Part shown: positions 1 to 13,250 of the stretch, one piece after another | Layout: every line of letters begins with the position of its first letter | Numbering within the stretch: the first letter of the stretch is position 1 | Assembly: GCF_009834535.1 (NCBI RefSeq) | Contig: NC_045697.1 | Coordinates: 24,306,001 to 24,370,000, forward strand | Source: Camelus ferus | Lineage: Eukaryota | Length of the DNA stretch: 64,000 nt | Direction: 5' to 3' | The notes under the pieces: generated by a model | What the model saw: the letters and a program-made list of their open reading frames with translations, nothing else | Told to the model about the DNA's origin: nothing | Databases searched by the model: none | Program-made: the position numbers and the translations under genes

Positions 1-213
1 TGAAAGGGAGGCACACTTTCCTTTAACATTTGAACATCTCCTCCGATTTATCCTTCATGATTTTACATCAGAAGGCCACTTTATAGTTCCTATCTATTTG
101 ATGATCTGCTCACCAGAAGAAAGAAGGCAATTAAGGACAGCAGGACCCCATTCCCTCACCTTCCACTTGTGTCTATTTATGGAAAAGTTGTGCTTTTTAG
201 TTTAGATTTTCAG

Positions 214-243
214 AGGCTCCTGAAAATCTTTTTAGTTATGTAG
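214..243 (+). other. Candidate 30-nt microexon (unverified)
   Basis: Flanks are tgctttttagtttagattttcAG | aggctcc...gttatgtag | GTAAGC. It is frame-preserving and the phase-1 frame reads (E)APENLFSYV. Splice-motif evidence only. Confidence 0.2.
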
Positions 244-268
244 GTAAGCATCTTTCAGAAGAACATAC

Positions 269-298
269 CTTCCCCTGAGATGCTTGCAAATATCACAT
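269..298 (-). other. Candidate 30-nt microexon on minus strand (unverified)
   Basis: The minus strand reads ttctgtcttctgtgttccacaacAG | atgtgatatttgcaagcatctcaggggaag | GTATGT. Splice-motif evidence only. Confidence 0.15.
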
Positions 299-2495
299 CT
301 GTTGTGGAACACACAGAAGACAGAACTGTGTGCTCTAATTAGGAGGAAAATTGAAATGTATCAGTGGATCACTAAGGGTGACTGATGCAAATAGTTGAAG
401 GAAAATAATTCTTTCTGATTTGAAGCTATGGTTTCTGTACAACTGGTATCCCCATAATAGATAAATCATGACTTTACTCTTCCATGACTGTAAATTAACA
501 ATGAGTAAATGGCAAGACATTAGAATTGTACTTTTCCATAAGCGTAAGTATAAATGTTAATCTGAATCTCTTGAGTTTGCAAAATTTGGCTGGAAATACT
601 GTTAAAACATACTTTCTCAAGAGAATGTTCTTTGCTTCCAGCATCCAAAAAAACTGCAAATACAACAGCAACAGCTTTTCATTGCAGCATTTTGGAGCCA
701 TCCCCACCCAGCAGGAAGTGGGATATATGCAAAGGTCTGCAAAACTGGAAAAAAAAAATGCTGCTGTTTTAAAATAAAGTTCAACAAACTTTGGTTTAAC
801 TTCTTGCAAAGGTCGCATCAGGATTAGTTTAAATTTCAGGTCAAGAGGCAGCTTGCTTCCTATTTGATCTGCAGCAATTGAAGCATACCTAATAGAAGCA
901 CTATTTTAAACACAAAGGTTAAACACTGTTGCATTTTGACAAAGGTTAAATGCCTATTTACCGAAGTTAATGACTTAATAGCATTTTGAATACCATTCTT
1001 TATATAAAGGTTAATCTCATATTTTTGACTTCATGTTTCCTTTCTTAAAAGGAAATACTCATTAGGGCCCAAACAATTATGTAATTGTTAATTTGTTTTG
1101 ATCATATTTATAGTACTTCAACCAGAGTATTATCTGTTTTCATTGCAAGAGGGGTTTTTTTAAACATTCAAGAAGAAAAAATACTTAAAGAGAGAAATAA
1201 GGTTATCAAAGAATTACTGCTTTCAAAGAGCCAAAAGGAAAGGGATAAAGATTTTAGAAAACTATCGAGGGCAGAAATATAATCTATGGTGGAATCATAT
1301 ACTTGTTAAGGATGTACATGAGGCCAGTCAATTTCTATTTGTTGTAAAAACAACTTACTGGGCTCAACAGAAAAGCCACAATCAGATGATCATACTTATC
1401 AGAAGATGTAAAAAAAAATTATTACACAAGAGAAAGGCTCATAGTCAATTTGGCATTGACTTTTGATGACAACTTAGTTAATGATTGCAATAATTTATTA
1501 GATATAATGCATTAATTAGGAAAAATATGCTGAAGTATATCACTCATCCTTTTTTTCAGTATCTCTAAGTGACTAAACATACCTCACCTTACTTACTACT
1601 CAGAAATTCAACTAAGAATCCAGATGTTACAAATGGCTGCTGAGTTTTGAAGATGTATACATTTGGGGAAAATACTCATATTTTCTGTTGCTTGAAATTT
1701 ATTGCTTTACAAATAAAATAGCAAACTGTGATGAAACACTTCAATTCAATCACAAGTACCATTAAGAGAAGTACAGTTGTGGTCAAGTTCATGCGTGTTA
1801 CATGCAGTTTACTTCAGGGTTATGGTATAATTACAGAAAATGAAGGAGAGTAATATCAGAAGAACAATGGGAGAATCCCCCTCCGTTTTAATAAGAAATC
1901 TCAGTCAGACAAAGGAATGCCATCTGGTATGTCTGGAGGTGAAGTTCAGGGAGGAGTGAAAGCCAAATTTCACTTCTGGATGAGGGAAACAAATGGAATC
2001 ATGTAAATGGGGCCATGCAGGGAACAGTGGATGATGTGCTAAACTCATGACTAGTTAAAAAAGAATCTGAAGGTAAATCTAGGACTTTGGGGGATAAAAA
2101 ATAGGTAAAATCTGCTGGTTTAATGTCCCAATAGATCCATGCATCATTTTGTATTTTATTGATTTTGTTGCTATTCCAAAAAAGCATTTTGTGTTTATTT
2201 CTCCATGGTAATTCTTTCTTTCGTTTTAGCATTTTTTTCACCCGACTTCAGTTTATTATTACTGGGGAGATGTTACTTTCAAGTTTTAATTATAAAAGAC
2301 TGGTGTCTCCTGACCATTAGGCCTATAATTTGGTATTGGTCACCAAAACTCTTTTAGTTTAGACAATGACTTCAGACAAAATAGAATGTATAAAAAGGCA
2401 AGAACTTATTGGAGACCATTTGCAACCTTATTCTCACTGGCTGGATGTAAAACATTATAAAGATATTATTGTAATTTTGCTTTTAAAAAATGCAG

Positions 2496-2590
2496 ATTTT
2501 CCAGTTCACAGTGATTCTGAATTGGTTGAAAAGATGAAGAAACTGTTGAGCCAAGCCTGTTATGGCTGGTTTTCTGGCTATGACGGATGG
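2496..2590 (+). other. Candidate 95-nt coding exon (unidentified protein)
   Basis: Flanks are tgcAG | attttcca...gacggatgg | GTACAT. Only one frame is open, (D)FPVHSDSELVEKMKKLLSQACYGWFSGYDGW, inside ORF 2366-2680. Splice sites are weak and I do not recognise the peptide. Confidence 0.22.
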
Positions 2591-3861
2591 GTACATTATA
2601 AAAATCTAATTACTAAAGATTTAATTCAAGGGATATATAAACTTTTCTTCAGTTTAAAAAGATTATTCAAACAACATTAAAGGAAAGATGAATACGTCGT
2701 TTGGTTAAAATGGGGAGAAATATTTTAAAATTAACTTTCTAACCTTCCAAGTCTTAACATGGTTAAGGCAAAAACTGTATTTATGAAGTCAGTCCATTGC
2801 ATGTTCTAAAATGACGCTTTACTCTTGCAAAGTCAGTAAGAATGAACCTTGGAATATCAGTGCTATCAGACTATTCCCTACTGTTCTAGTTTAAAGGGTC
2901 AACCTGGCAAGGAGAAAAGGTAAATTCTGGAGTAAATAGCTACAATTCATAATCATGTCATTTGGTTAAAATAAATAAGTATTTTAATAATAATGTATCA
3001 CGCTGGTCACCAGGAGAATTAATTTTATCTCAATTTCCAGTTAAATGACATGTAAGAGTTCCAGTATAAACTTCAAACTTAGAAATAAAAAGATAACTAT
3101 CAAACTAACTAGTGATTGTTTGATGATGATTTCTAAGTCATAGATTTAAATCGGATACTTGGGTAAAAGTAAATTTTTCCTTTGATAATTTAATATAGAA
3201 GAAGTGTTCCTTAACTTCTTGTGGGATTACAGGGAAAGACAGTCGAGTTGTTTGCCTGCGACTCTGGAGCTAACAATGGAAGAAAAACACATCATTAATT
3301 GGAGGACTAGGAGGGTATGACAGTCACCAAGTTTGTTTGGCATCTCAAATTCCAATGAAAGACCTGCCTCTGTCTCTACAGTTTTGCATCCCACTTGTGT
3401 GTCCCCTCCCAGTGACACTCCATGTCAGAGAGAATCTTAGTCTTTCTAATCAAACCAATAATAGTTGTTTCACCTGCTCTCTAATTTCTCAATATTTAGT
3501 TTTACACTAACAAAGGAACAATAATCTTGCAATCTGGAACTCTGGTTTAGTTTCCTGTCCTTCATCTTGTGGTCTGCAAGATCTAAGAAGCTCTATAAAT
3601 GCAAAAAATAATGCATATTGAGTTGTTTGAAGTGTGATAATATTAATGTGATCATTTACTTGAAAGCATCCAAAATAATAGCTAGCCCATAATCTCGACT
3701 CTCAAGATATATCAATTTACTCTAAATATAAAAACGTTTTGAGGCTGCTTAAAAGCATTTGATAAAGAATCATTCTACGGTAGAATAATAATCTTAAGAA
3801 ATACTTTCCTTTGACCAAAATTTCAGGTAACTGCCTGGGCAGTGGGGAAAATATTAGGAGG

Positions 3862-4421
3862 TATCGAGGAGGGGCGATACTTCCCTCTCTACCCATCTTA
3901 AGTTCTTGTGTCTGAACTAATAATAAAAATTGACACAAGATAGCTTAATAGGAGAAAAAGAAATAAATTTTTAATTTTTAATTTTTTTAAATTCATATGC
4001 ATGGAGGTGCCATAGAAATGGTACCTAAGAAGTGACCAAAACAGGCAGCTTTTATACTTTTTAGACTAAGAAACAATAAATTTGTAAGGACTAGATAAGA
4101 CAAATGAATTTACATGGTTTGGGTGCTCAATTAATGAATAATCTAAACAGAATTCGGGCCTGGAGTAGAATTAAAGAAGTAATAAAGCTTGTTTATACAG
4201 GCCTTTTGGCCTGAATTTCCTCTCTGCTGATAAAGATGTCCTTTTAACTCTAGAAGTATGGAGTGAACTTTTCACATTTGAGGTTTATTTTCTGCTTTCA
4301 GGGAGACAGAAAGGCAGGTCAGAGTGTCCCTCTTGTGTTGGCTCTTTTTTAAGTAATTTTAATTCAGAACAGTCAATATGCCATTGAAGAATCTTTTTGG
4401 GGTGGCTTACTCTTGGTCCCA
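3862..4421 (-). mobile_element. ERV1 solo LTR, MER34-like
   Basis: The reverse complement begins gggaccaagagtaagccaccccaaaaag...tggcatattgactgttctg, like the MER34 5' end. It is homologous to the + copy at 26160-26655. Confidence 0.75.
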
Positions 4422-5676
4422 ATTGGGTCAAATTATCATAGCTTTGAAGTCATATCCATAGGTGGCTCTCTTAGTACATCTAATGATATACCTGGCAATT
4501 TGTAAACTAACTTGGTATTATTATTACTATTATTATATAAATTATTTTAAAGCAATAGATATAAATTAATAGATCAATTTTCAGGAGTGTTTACCTAAAA
4601 CATGAGCTAAAATTCATATTATATAGTAGTATAATTATTTTTAAAGATAAAATAATATTTCTTTTCAAATATTTTAGCTTTTTTATGTACTTAGTAATAT
4701 GTTGGCTATTATTATTTAATTGAAAATTAAAATGCATTAAGTAATCATAAATGTATTACTTGAATGGAAAATCAAAAATGGAAACTGAGCCATGAAAGAC
4801 ATCTATGCATATAGGAAAGTTTCCATTCACACAATAAATATTTATGGAACTCATAATTCCTGATATTAACAAGGAAACTCGTATTTTTGAACAGCTGTCA
4901 TAAATTCACATGGCATTTATTTCAGAAATAATGCTTAGTTTCTACTTAGGTAGATTGTATTTGTTTAAAAAATAATGCTTTTATTTGAATTATTTAAAAG
5001 CAAATTGCATTTATGTAATAATGATTTATAGAAGCTACAGCTTCCATTCCAGCAAATGGAAGATCTCAACTAGATCAGTTTTGGTACCACCTGAAACTCC
5101 CTCATCCATTATAATTTATTATCCAAAATTGTTGAGAATTCTTTGGACAAAAATTATCAAAGTCATTGACATTCAGTTCAAGAAACAAAGTCATTCAAGG
5201 AGCAATCATGAAATTTGTAGTTCACAAACCAAAATAAACTTCTCATTTTCTCACTAATTATTTTCTGTTGATATAGGAAATGCTCCCTGAGTAGGTGACA
5301 TTTACATTAAGACCTAAAGGATGTTAATGAGATAAAGGAGCAAGGGCACATTAGAAATAGAAAAGGGCTTGATACAGAATAGCAAGGAAGCCATTTCAAA
5401 TGAAGGACACTGAATGAGATAGAAAGGATGAGGCATGGGCTTCAAAAACTGGCCAACAAATAAATCACAAAGGCAAAGATGAGGATTTTAAGTTTTATTC
5501 CAAATTTGATGGCAATCCAATTTTCTTATAGCAAAGTGACAAAGTTAGAGGCTAAGAGGAAACAGACCATATCCAAATGTTCTAGAAGTTTCAGTTTCCT
5601 GTTACTACAAAGCAAGACAATAAAATATTTTCCAGAGTAGATTAAATTCATTTGAATAAAACTTAAACAGCGATAA

Positions 5677-6211
5677 TGTTGCAGCAAAGTATGTTACAGC
5701 ACAGTGTTTCAGCTCAGTTGTGACAGCAACCTGGATCCAGGCAAGAGACCAAGCAGCACTCGAAGAGTTGGAGAACTCAGGTTTATTATGCCAGTGGGCC
5801 CAGAGGAGTTAACACTCCAAGCTCTGGACCCCATCTGTAGGTTTACACAGCCTTTTATAGGCTATTAGTCTAGACTTTGCAACATTTTGCAACATCATAT
5901 GCAAATAAGGTATAACAAAGGTGACTAATTAGGAACAGGCTTTTTAGAAATGGACCAATAAAGGAGTGGTAGAAATGGGCCAATCAGGAGTGAGCTCCAT
6001 GCAAATGAAGCACTACAAATGGGCCAATCAGGAGTTAGCTCAGGGAACCAATAGAATCTTAGGGGTAAGTTCCACTTTCTTAGAAGTAAGCCATTTCAGA
6101 GGCAAAAAACGAGATAATGCCACTGGTCTAGGGAACCGGATGGTGCTGGCAGGAGAGTAATGGCCCTGCCTGTGGGTCCTGCTGGTCTTTTTCATGGGGC
6201 TTCCCACCTCA
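5677..6211 (-). mobile_element. Lineage-specific ERV1 solo LTR
   Basis: TG...CA ends with near-TSD ATAA/GTAA. Minus-strand TATAAAA (5853-5859), AATAAA (5782-5787) and four CCAAT boxes. R/U5 is similar to the LTRs at 51296 and 51936. Confidence 0.85.
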
Positions 6212-8373
6212 GTAATGAAAGAGTTTTAGTGTAGAAAGAAATCACTTTCAGATACAGACTTTCATAGTATCATAGAACTGGAAGAAATCATATACTATAA
6301 TTCAACTCTCTCAGCTATACATGAAGAAACTGAAGTGTGAAGGAGTTAAATGTATGTTTTCCTTTGTAGGTTTTTACTCCAGGTGAGAATTTTACCTAAA
6401 TCAAAGTATGTAAACTTGTAATGTATATCAGAATTTGATTAGTTTAAAGAAGTTTAAAGGTATTATTAAATCCTCAGTGTTATGGAAGAGATTATTATAA
6501 TAATTAGAAAATGCATATGTTTTCTATTTATGAGTTTACACTAGAATAAGTTTAATTGTTCCCTCTAATATCTCACTGATTATTATGATTCAGTTGTATT
6601 TGTAATAATTATTCAGTTAAGCACTGTGAGAGGAGAAAAGATTCAGTCTCTGAAAGGGATCAGTTATGCACTGAAGTATCAATGTGGAGAGATCTGGGGA
6701 GGCATACAGTTACAGTTGTTGCTGATATGTATTTGGATTTGGGGAGACAAATGTATCCACACAAAAGAATAATAGTAATCAAGGTATGAAAAGTAATTAG
6801 GAGGGTAAAAAGCAGAACAATAGAGTTTGAAAAATCAAGGGAAACAACATTTTCAGGGTAGGAATCAAGAAATGGTCTCTAGAGTTTTCAATTAAAAAAC
6901 CAGAAATCATGCCAGCACTTGAAATACCTGCACTATAAAATCTCTGTAACTGCCCAAAACAAAACAAAATGAACAAATAACTCCCTCCAAGCTCCAAACA
7001 AAGCCCTCCAAACATTTATTTATGACTGCTTTTGTGAAAGAGCAGTGTATTTTATAGGATAGATTGTATGAAATGATACTCTTTTATTTGTACTGTAAGC
7101 CAAAGTTTATAAACATATTTTTGTTTTAGATTGAATTTGCAATGGAAATAAATGGAATGATCACTTGACCAGTCTTCTGAGTATATTTTCTAATAATTCA
7201 AGGCTTAGTTTATTTTCACTTACAAATAGATCAGGTTACTTACTCATGTATTCTGTATTATTATAGGTCTACTGAATTCAGCTACTGTAGACTCAATGCA
7301 GACCTGACCCCTGTACTTATAGAGCTTATAACCTAGTGAAAGAAACAAGACAAAAAAAGTAGAGTTAAGTTGTGATGACGGCTATGAAATAGGAGTATGT
7401 TGTGTTACAGAAGGTTTAGCAGTGGACACTGAGTCTGCAAGAGAAGGAAGGTACATGTGGCTTAAAGTTCCTTGATTTTTAATGACTCTCTAACCAGGTT
7501 TTATTAAACAGATTTGCCCAACCACTACATGACTTCTTAATAGCTGATAAAGTGTTTAAATTTGCATATTGAATGTGCAGTTCTGCGGAAAATTTTATAA
7601 GCAAAGTTGATTACAAAAGCAGATAATACTCATGATATAACTTGAAGGACACAAAAAGATATCTAACCTCCAACTCTCTATGTCAATGATTACTTCATTC
7701 AATATAATATGATATGATACACTTTATTATTATGCATTATATAATAAGATAAAATATAACATAAAAAGATTACTTTGACATATTTATTTGCATAATTCAT
7801 GTTGTCGCTATATTTCAGATTTCAATTTTGCCTTTAAGTTAATTATAGGATGTTTTTGCGTGTTTCTCTTCTAGCTAATTCTGTGTGGAGCAAACTCATG
7901 CATGGTGGAATCAGTGTCTTGTCATATTCATAAGAAAATATATAAAGAGATATGTATAGACATAGATGTAGATATAAATTAGACAAGAGATATACATATA
8001 GCAATGTACTGTGTGTGTATATATCTATGTCTCTCTGTGTATGTAGTTATACACACACACAAATAAACATGTATATTCCTTATGCTTGATTTATTAAGCC
8101 TGTCATGGTGTCAGACAACAGTAGATTGTAATTTTACTAAGTCTTGTAAGCAGCTACTAAACAGCTTGATCTCTGAAGGTTGCTTCAATTGATCTGGGAA
8201 TTTGTTTCCAAGTATTTGCCTAAGCATCTAAGCACTGAAATTAAAACTATATTACACTAAATTTTACTCCAGCCTCCCTTTTGGGGCAGTGGGAATTGGT
8301 GCAAACCTACGATTTTGGTTCAGATTCCCACTCTACAGTTAAGGGTTATGTGGGTCATCACTTTTGCCATTTG

Positions 8374-8816
8374 CAGGCAGACCTTGGAGATATTTCAGGT
8401 TCAGTTCCAGGCCACTGCAGTAAAGGGAACATTGCAATCAAGTAAGTCACAAAAACTTTTTGGTTTCCCAGCGCATATAAAAGTTATGTTTACACTATAC
8501 TGTAGTCTATTAAGTATGCAATACTATTATGTCTAAAAAAGGGACATCCCTTAATTAGAAAACACAAAACAAAACAAAAAAATTCCAATAGTAACATCAA
8601 AGATCACTGATCACAGACCATCATAATAAACATAATAATAGGGGGAAAGTTTGAAATAGTTCGATAATTAACAAAATGTGATACAGAGACACAAAGTGAG
8701 CAAAAGCTATTGGAAAAGTGACACCCATAGACTTGCTTGAGGCAAATTACCACAGACTTTCAGTTTGCTTTTAAAAATGCAGTATCTGTGAAGAGCAATA
8801 AAACGAGGTGTGCCTG
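8374..8816 (-). mobile_element. Tigger1 internal-deletion derivative (TcMar DNA transposon), inserted in a MIR fragment
   Basis: Ends caggcagaccttggagatatt... and ...gcaataaaacgaggtgtgcctg|TA match the Tigger1 TIRs (CAGGCATACCTCG). Both flanks are MIR-like. Confidence 0.9.
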
Positions 8817-9589
8817 TAATCTCTCTGAGCCTCCATTAAAATTTGAAAAGTGACGTAGAATTCTGTAAAACCATTTGGATTCTCTTTCAGAAGTAAAATT
8901 CTACAATTATATTTCTCATCTCATTAAGTGTTTTCTCCCATTCTCCACAAGTGTTTCCAGACTGGTCAGAGGGAGGTCTTGCTTTGACTGAATCAACACT
9001 TGTTGTGGAGGGAGGCGATCTTTAGACAGGGGATATATCGGAGATATATCGAGCTGACTCAATCCCTGAGTTCAGCTAAAATACATTAAACATGTCTTCT
9101 ATGTTCTTAATCTTCCTTGAAAGCAAGCTAGCAGGCAAAAAAATATATTCATTCCTTATCAGCTTAGCCCAAAACGTAGGAAGCAAAATCCTCTACCCTA
9201 AGTAAGTGTTTGGTATACAAATGAATGTGACAGGCTCAAAATAAGGGGGAGAAAAATGCCTCCAAGAAACTGGAACTCATTTCTTGCCAGAGTACAGGTT
9301 GCAATCTGTGGCCGTAAGACTAAATTAAATAAAACGCAAGCGAACAAAATGATAAATTGCACAGATACCAGAGTGCAGCATAATTAAATTTCGAATTTCA
9401 TTGGAACTTTATTTTGAAAGAAAAGAAAATAATGTCTGTTTCATGGGATATATTGACACTAAGAGAGACTCATAAGTTTCAGACATCTTTTCTAATTGAA
9501 GAAAAGCCTTATGATAAAACCAAAATGCATTGTTCCATGAATCGAAGGCCATTTTAAGTGGAATGAGCATGACTATGTACATATGAATG

Positions 9590-9844
9590 AATAAACCATG
9601 AACACTGGAAAGTCAGTAAAATGCTTCCATGCTAATATTTTCAATTTACATGACTGTAAATTACACATAAGATATTTATAAGCAAGCAGTTATTTCAGTT
9701 CTTCTGAAATATAGATAAATAAACCATGAACACTAGAAAGTCAGTAAAATGCTTCCATGCTAATATTTTCAATTTACATGACTGTAAATTACACATAAGA
9801 TATTTATAAGCAAGCAGTTATTTCAGTTCTTCTGAAATATAGAT
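9590..9844. repeat. Tandem duplication, 128-bp period, 2 copies
   Basis: ataaaccatgaacact(g/a)gaaagtcag...tctgaaatatagat starts at 9591 and 9719. One internal mismatch seen. Confidence 0.97.
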
Positions 9845-9880
9845 TTGACTAGATTTACTGTGTTTGCCCTCTACTTAGAT

Positions 9881-10101
9881 CAGTCATTCACAACTGGGAG
9901 CGATTTTGCCGCCAGGGAACATTTGGCAATGTCCGCGAACGTTTTTGTTTGTCACATCTGGGCAGGAGCAGGGGGAGGTTATTGCTTCTGTCACTGATTG
10001 AGTCCAGGTGTAGGATGCTGCGACCATGCAGGGGAAAGCCTCCCCAGGAACAAAGAACTGTCTAACTCAAACCGTCACTAGTGCTGAGGCTGAGAAACCT
10101 G
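9881..10101 (+). mobile_element. MER20 (hAT-Charlie)
   Basis: gcgattttgcc...acatttggcaatgtc...tagtgctgaggctgagaaacctg, with 8-bp TSD acttagat/ccttagat. Confidence 0.92.
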
Positions 10102-10904
10102 CCTTAGATTAATTACATATTACCTCACCATCCATTTCACATAAAGTACGGATTTTGAAAGCTAAATATATTAAATTTTATAATATAGAGTGAAGAAAAC
10201 AAGGAAAGAGAAGTAATTGTTTTTTAATTAAGATAGAAAAACCTATGTAAATTGAAAAAAGAAAAAAGAATCAATGACAAGGCTCCAGTTTTGTACAACT
10301 GTGTTATTCCCAAACTGCACTGAATCTGTTTTGGTTCACTGTAACTCTGACTATTGTCTACCTTTGCTGCTATTACTTAAATAGAGTCAAGACAACAACA
10401 GCCTTGTGCTAAACTACAGATTCTCATCCAAATCTAAAACTGGATAGAGTCCAATTCCAAAATTAAGAAATATTGGAAAATAGCACAATTAAAATATAAA
10501 TAATAAGATACATTATATGAAGAAGAATAAGCTATCTTTTGCTTTATTTTATTTAAAGGACACTAAGATAGTATCCTATCTTTGCAGTAGACTAATAACA
10601 AGGTATTGAGTTGCCTTGTACTGTAAGACTCTGGTTATAAATGTTGAGACAAATATTTTAAGAGTAGTTTAGTAATCTGAATTACACACATATTATTACA
10701 AAAGTAATAGATGTTTACTAGGAAATTGGAAAGTACAAAAAGCATGAAAGTTGAAAATAAAAATTTTCTATAAATGTGATGAAAATATTCTGTAAAATGA
10801 TTTTCTTCCCAGGTCATTTCCAACAAACATTTTAATAAAGATTGCATTGCACTCCATCACATGCATTTACCTTAGTATAAGTAACCATTCCCTTATTCAT
10901 TAAT

Positions 10905-11700
10905 ATATTCATTCATTTGGCAAATATTTGAACTTTTACTGTCTACCAGGAATTCATAGGAGATGGATTAGGGAGCAAACAAAATAAATTTCCTACCCTT
11001 ATATTTGAACCTATGTTTTATTGCAGAAGGCAGGTGTATGTGTGTGTGGGTGTGTGTGGGTGTGTGTGTGAAGAAAGGTTATTTGGACATAAAGTTATCA
11101 TCAAGGGTGAATGGCTGCTTCCAAGGATTGCAGGGAAAGAGTCTTTGAGGAGGTAATTTAGTCATCTGTACTACATTTGGACCGAGGCCTGAATGAAATT
11201 ATCTCTCTCAAGTGAGACCAATTTACTCTCAGCTGCAAAAACATTAAATTCAAAAGCCCTGAGATGAGACTATGCTTGCCATTATCAAGAAAAGATAAGT
11301 AGACGAGAGTGACTGGAGCAAAGGAAGGTAACCAGGGACTTACTTGGTCAGATGAGGAGGTGAAGGCCGAGGTTAGGAGGCTGGACTTGAAGTGAAATGG
11401 GAAGCTACTGGAGGGGATGAAATAATACAATTACGTCGTAATAGACCACTCTGCTGGCTGTGTGCAAAGAACCTGGGAAGGGGGCTGGAGTAATTGTGGG
11501 GAACCAGTCAGGAGGTTATTACTGTCGTCCCACAAACGTGAGAATGACCTGCACTGGGGTAGTCCTGGAGGAACAGAATAGCAGAATTTGGGACATCAAG
11601 TGAAGCCCTTAGTCTTGTTCACAACCTGGGTGACTGTAAGAGAGAGCGAGACCAAAAACAGTTCGATTTTAACAGTCTGAAATACTTCTTGGGTGAAGAT
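10905..11700 (-). mobile_element. L2 LINE fragment(s) with internal (TG)n at ~11035-11070
   Basis: attcattcatttggcaaatatttga is the reverse complement of the L2 3' end, followed by L2-like purine-rich body. Boundaries approximate. Confidence 0.65.
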
Positions 11701-11868
11701 TCTTTTTCATAAATCTTCTTACAGATCTTTAATAATTCATTAAAGGGTAATTATTTATGACTTGAATGATTGGATTTCAGATATGCCCCTTTTACATTTT
11801 AAAGCCTACTGATCTAGTATACAGTATGTAGTATGATTCTTTTAAACAAATACCTCATAGTTAGAGCC

Positions 11869-12210
11869 TGTTAGAAGATCAACCGAGGCATATTAAAGAA
11901 TTTAAGACTTTATTCGAACATCTATCCATTCCAATCAGGCAGTGCCAAACCAGGAGTGGTTAGGAGTGTTCCACTGACAGGAGCTCAGGGAGAGACGTGT
12001 ATAGCAAAAAGAGCAGAAGAAAGGTAAGGAAATTACTGATCGGCTATAGCTTACAGCATCGTTGTCTGCCCTTAGGTTTGCGATTGGCTGTCCTCAGGCT
12101 TCATTTTGGTAACCTTGAGACATTTGCTGGCTTCAGTTTTAGTTTGCTTAAATGGGCCACCTGGGCCTTAGAGCCCCCTCAGTCTAGTGGCCTCCTTGTT
12201 TAACTTAACA
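11869..12210 (-). mobile_element. ERV1 solo LTR (MER4-group-like)
   Basis: TGTTA...TTAACA termini, exact TSD AGCC (11865-11868, 12211-12214) and a minus-strand AATAAA near the left end. Confidence 0.88.
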
Positions 12211-12825
12211 AGCCAAATAAGTGTAGATTATTATTTTTCATCATTATGACATCATTACATTATTAAATTTTTATAGAGGCAACTCGTTTGTGAGAAAGTA
12301 AGCAGTGATTCACAACCAGCAATGTATCAGAATATCATTTTCCTAAACACTCACCAATATTGTCTATTGCATTTTTCTACTGACATTTTTACAGGAAGAA
12401 ATTCAATGATATTATGTTTTCACGGATGTATTGGTCTTGTGTATTTCTTTTTTAGTGCATTGCTTATTCATGTCACTTGTTTCTACTTACCTCAAGAACT
12501 GATCAATACTTTTTCTATGTAAGTTATATTAACCTTTGTATGGTATGCTGTAGATATTTTTCCAGGTTTTTATTTACATTTAGATTTTTCATTCATCTTG
12601 GTTATAAAAATCTTTTTACTTATTGTTTGGAAAATCAACTGAATTTACCTATAATAGATTCTTACTTTGTTTTTATTGTACAAAAGCCCTCCATTTAAAG
12701 AACAAATACTTTTAAAATATACTTTCTCAATGTGATTACACATTTATCTTTTTAATCATCATTTTCATCTAATTTCTTAGTGATACCTTTTTAATCCTTA
12801 AGGTTTTATTCATTCATCTGTTATT

Positions 12826-13250
12826 CCATAAATATTTTTGATAATCTAATAAATACCAGGCACTGTGCTAGAGGCCAGGGAAAATATCATGTGTAAAAAT
12901 AGAAAGGATGTCATTCCTTGTGAATTTATGCTTTAATAAGGAGAAACAGTAATCACATGATCACTAAAATACATGGGAAATTCCTACAGCCATTTGCTAC
13001 AACAGAGAGGAGTCAAGCTCTAGGCCAGGATATAAAGGATAGATTAAGCTTTTCAAGAGGGGTCGGGGAAATTATTTCTATGGAAGCCACAAAGAAGCTA
13101 AAATCTGAAGGATATGTGAGAATTAACTCAGTGCAGGGATTTAGAGGAACACTCCAACAAGGGGAAATAGTTATTCAAAGACTTAACATCAAGAGGGAAT
13201 ACTTAGTATTTAAGGAGCTAAAGGAATTCCAATTATTTAGGAAGTAAAGT
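12826..13250 (-). mobile_element. L2 LINE 3' fragment
   Basis: attcattcat...aaatatttttga...ccaggcactgtgctagagg is the typical antisense L2 3' end. Confidence 0.7.

Noticed and set aside
495..818. Overlapping 107-aa and 83-aa ORFs
   Set aside because: No recognisable domain or coding signature. The region may be conserved non-coding but I cannot show that.
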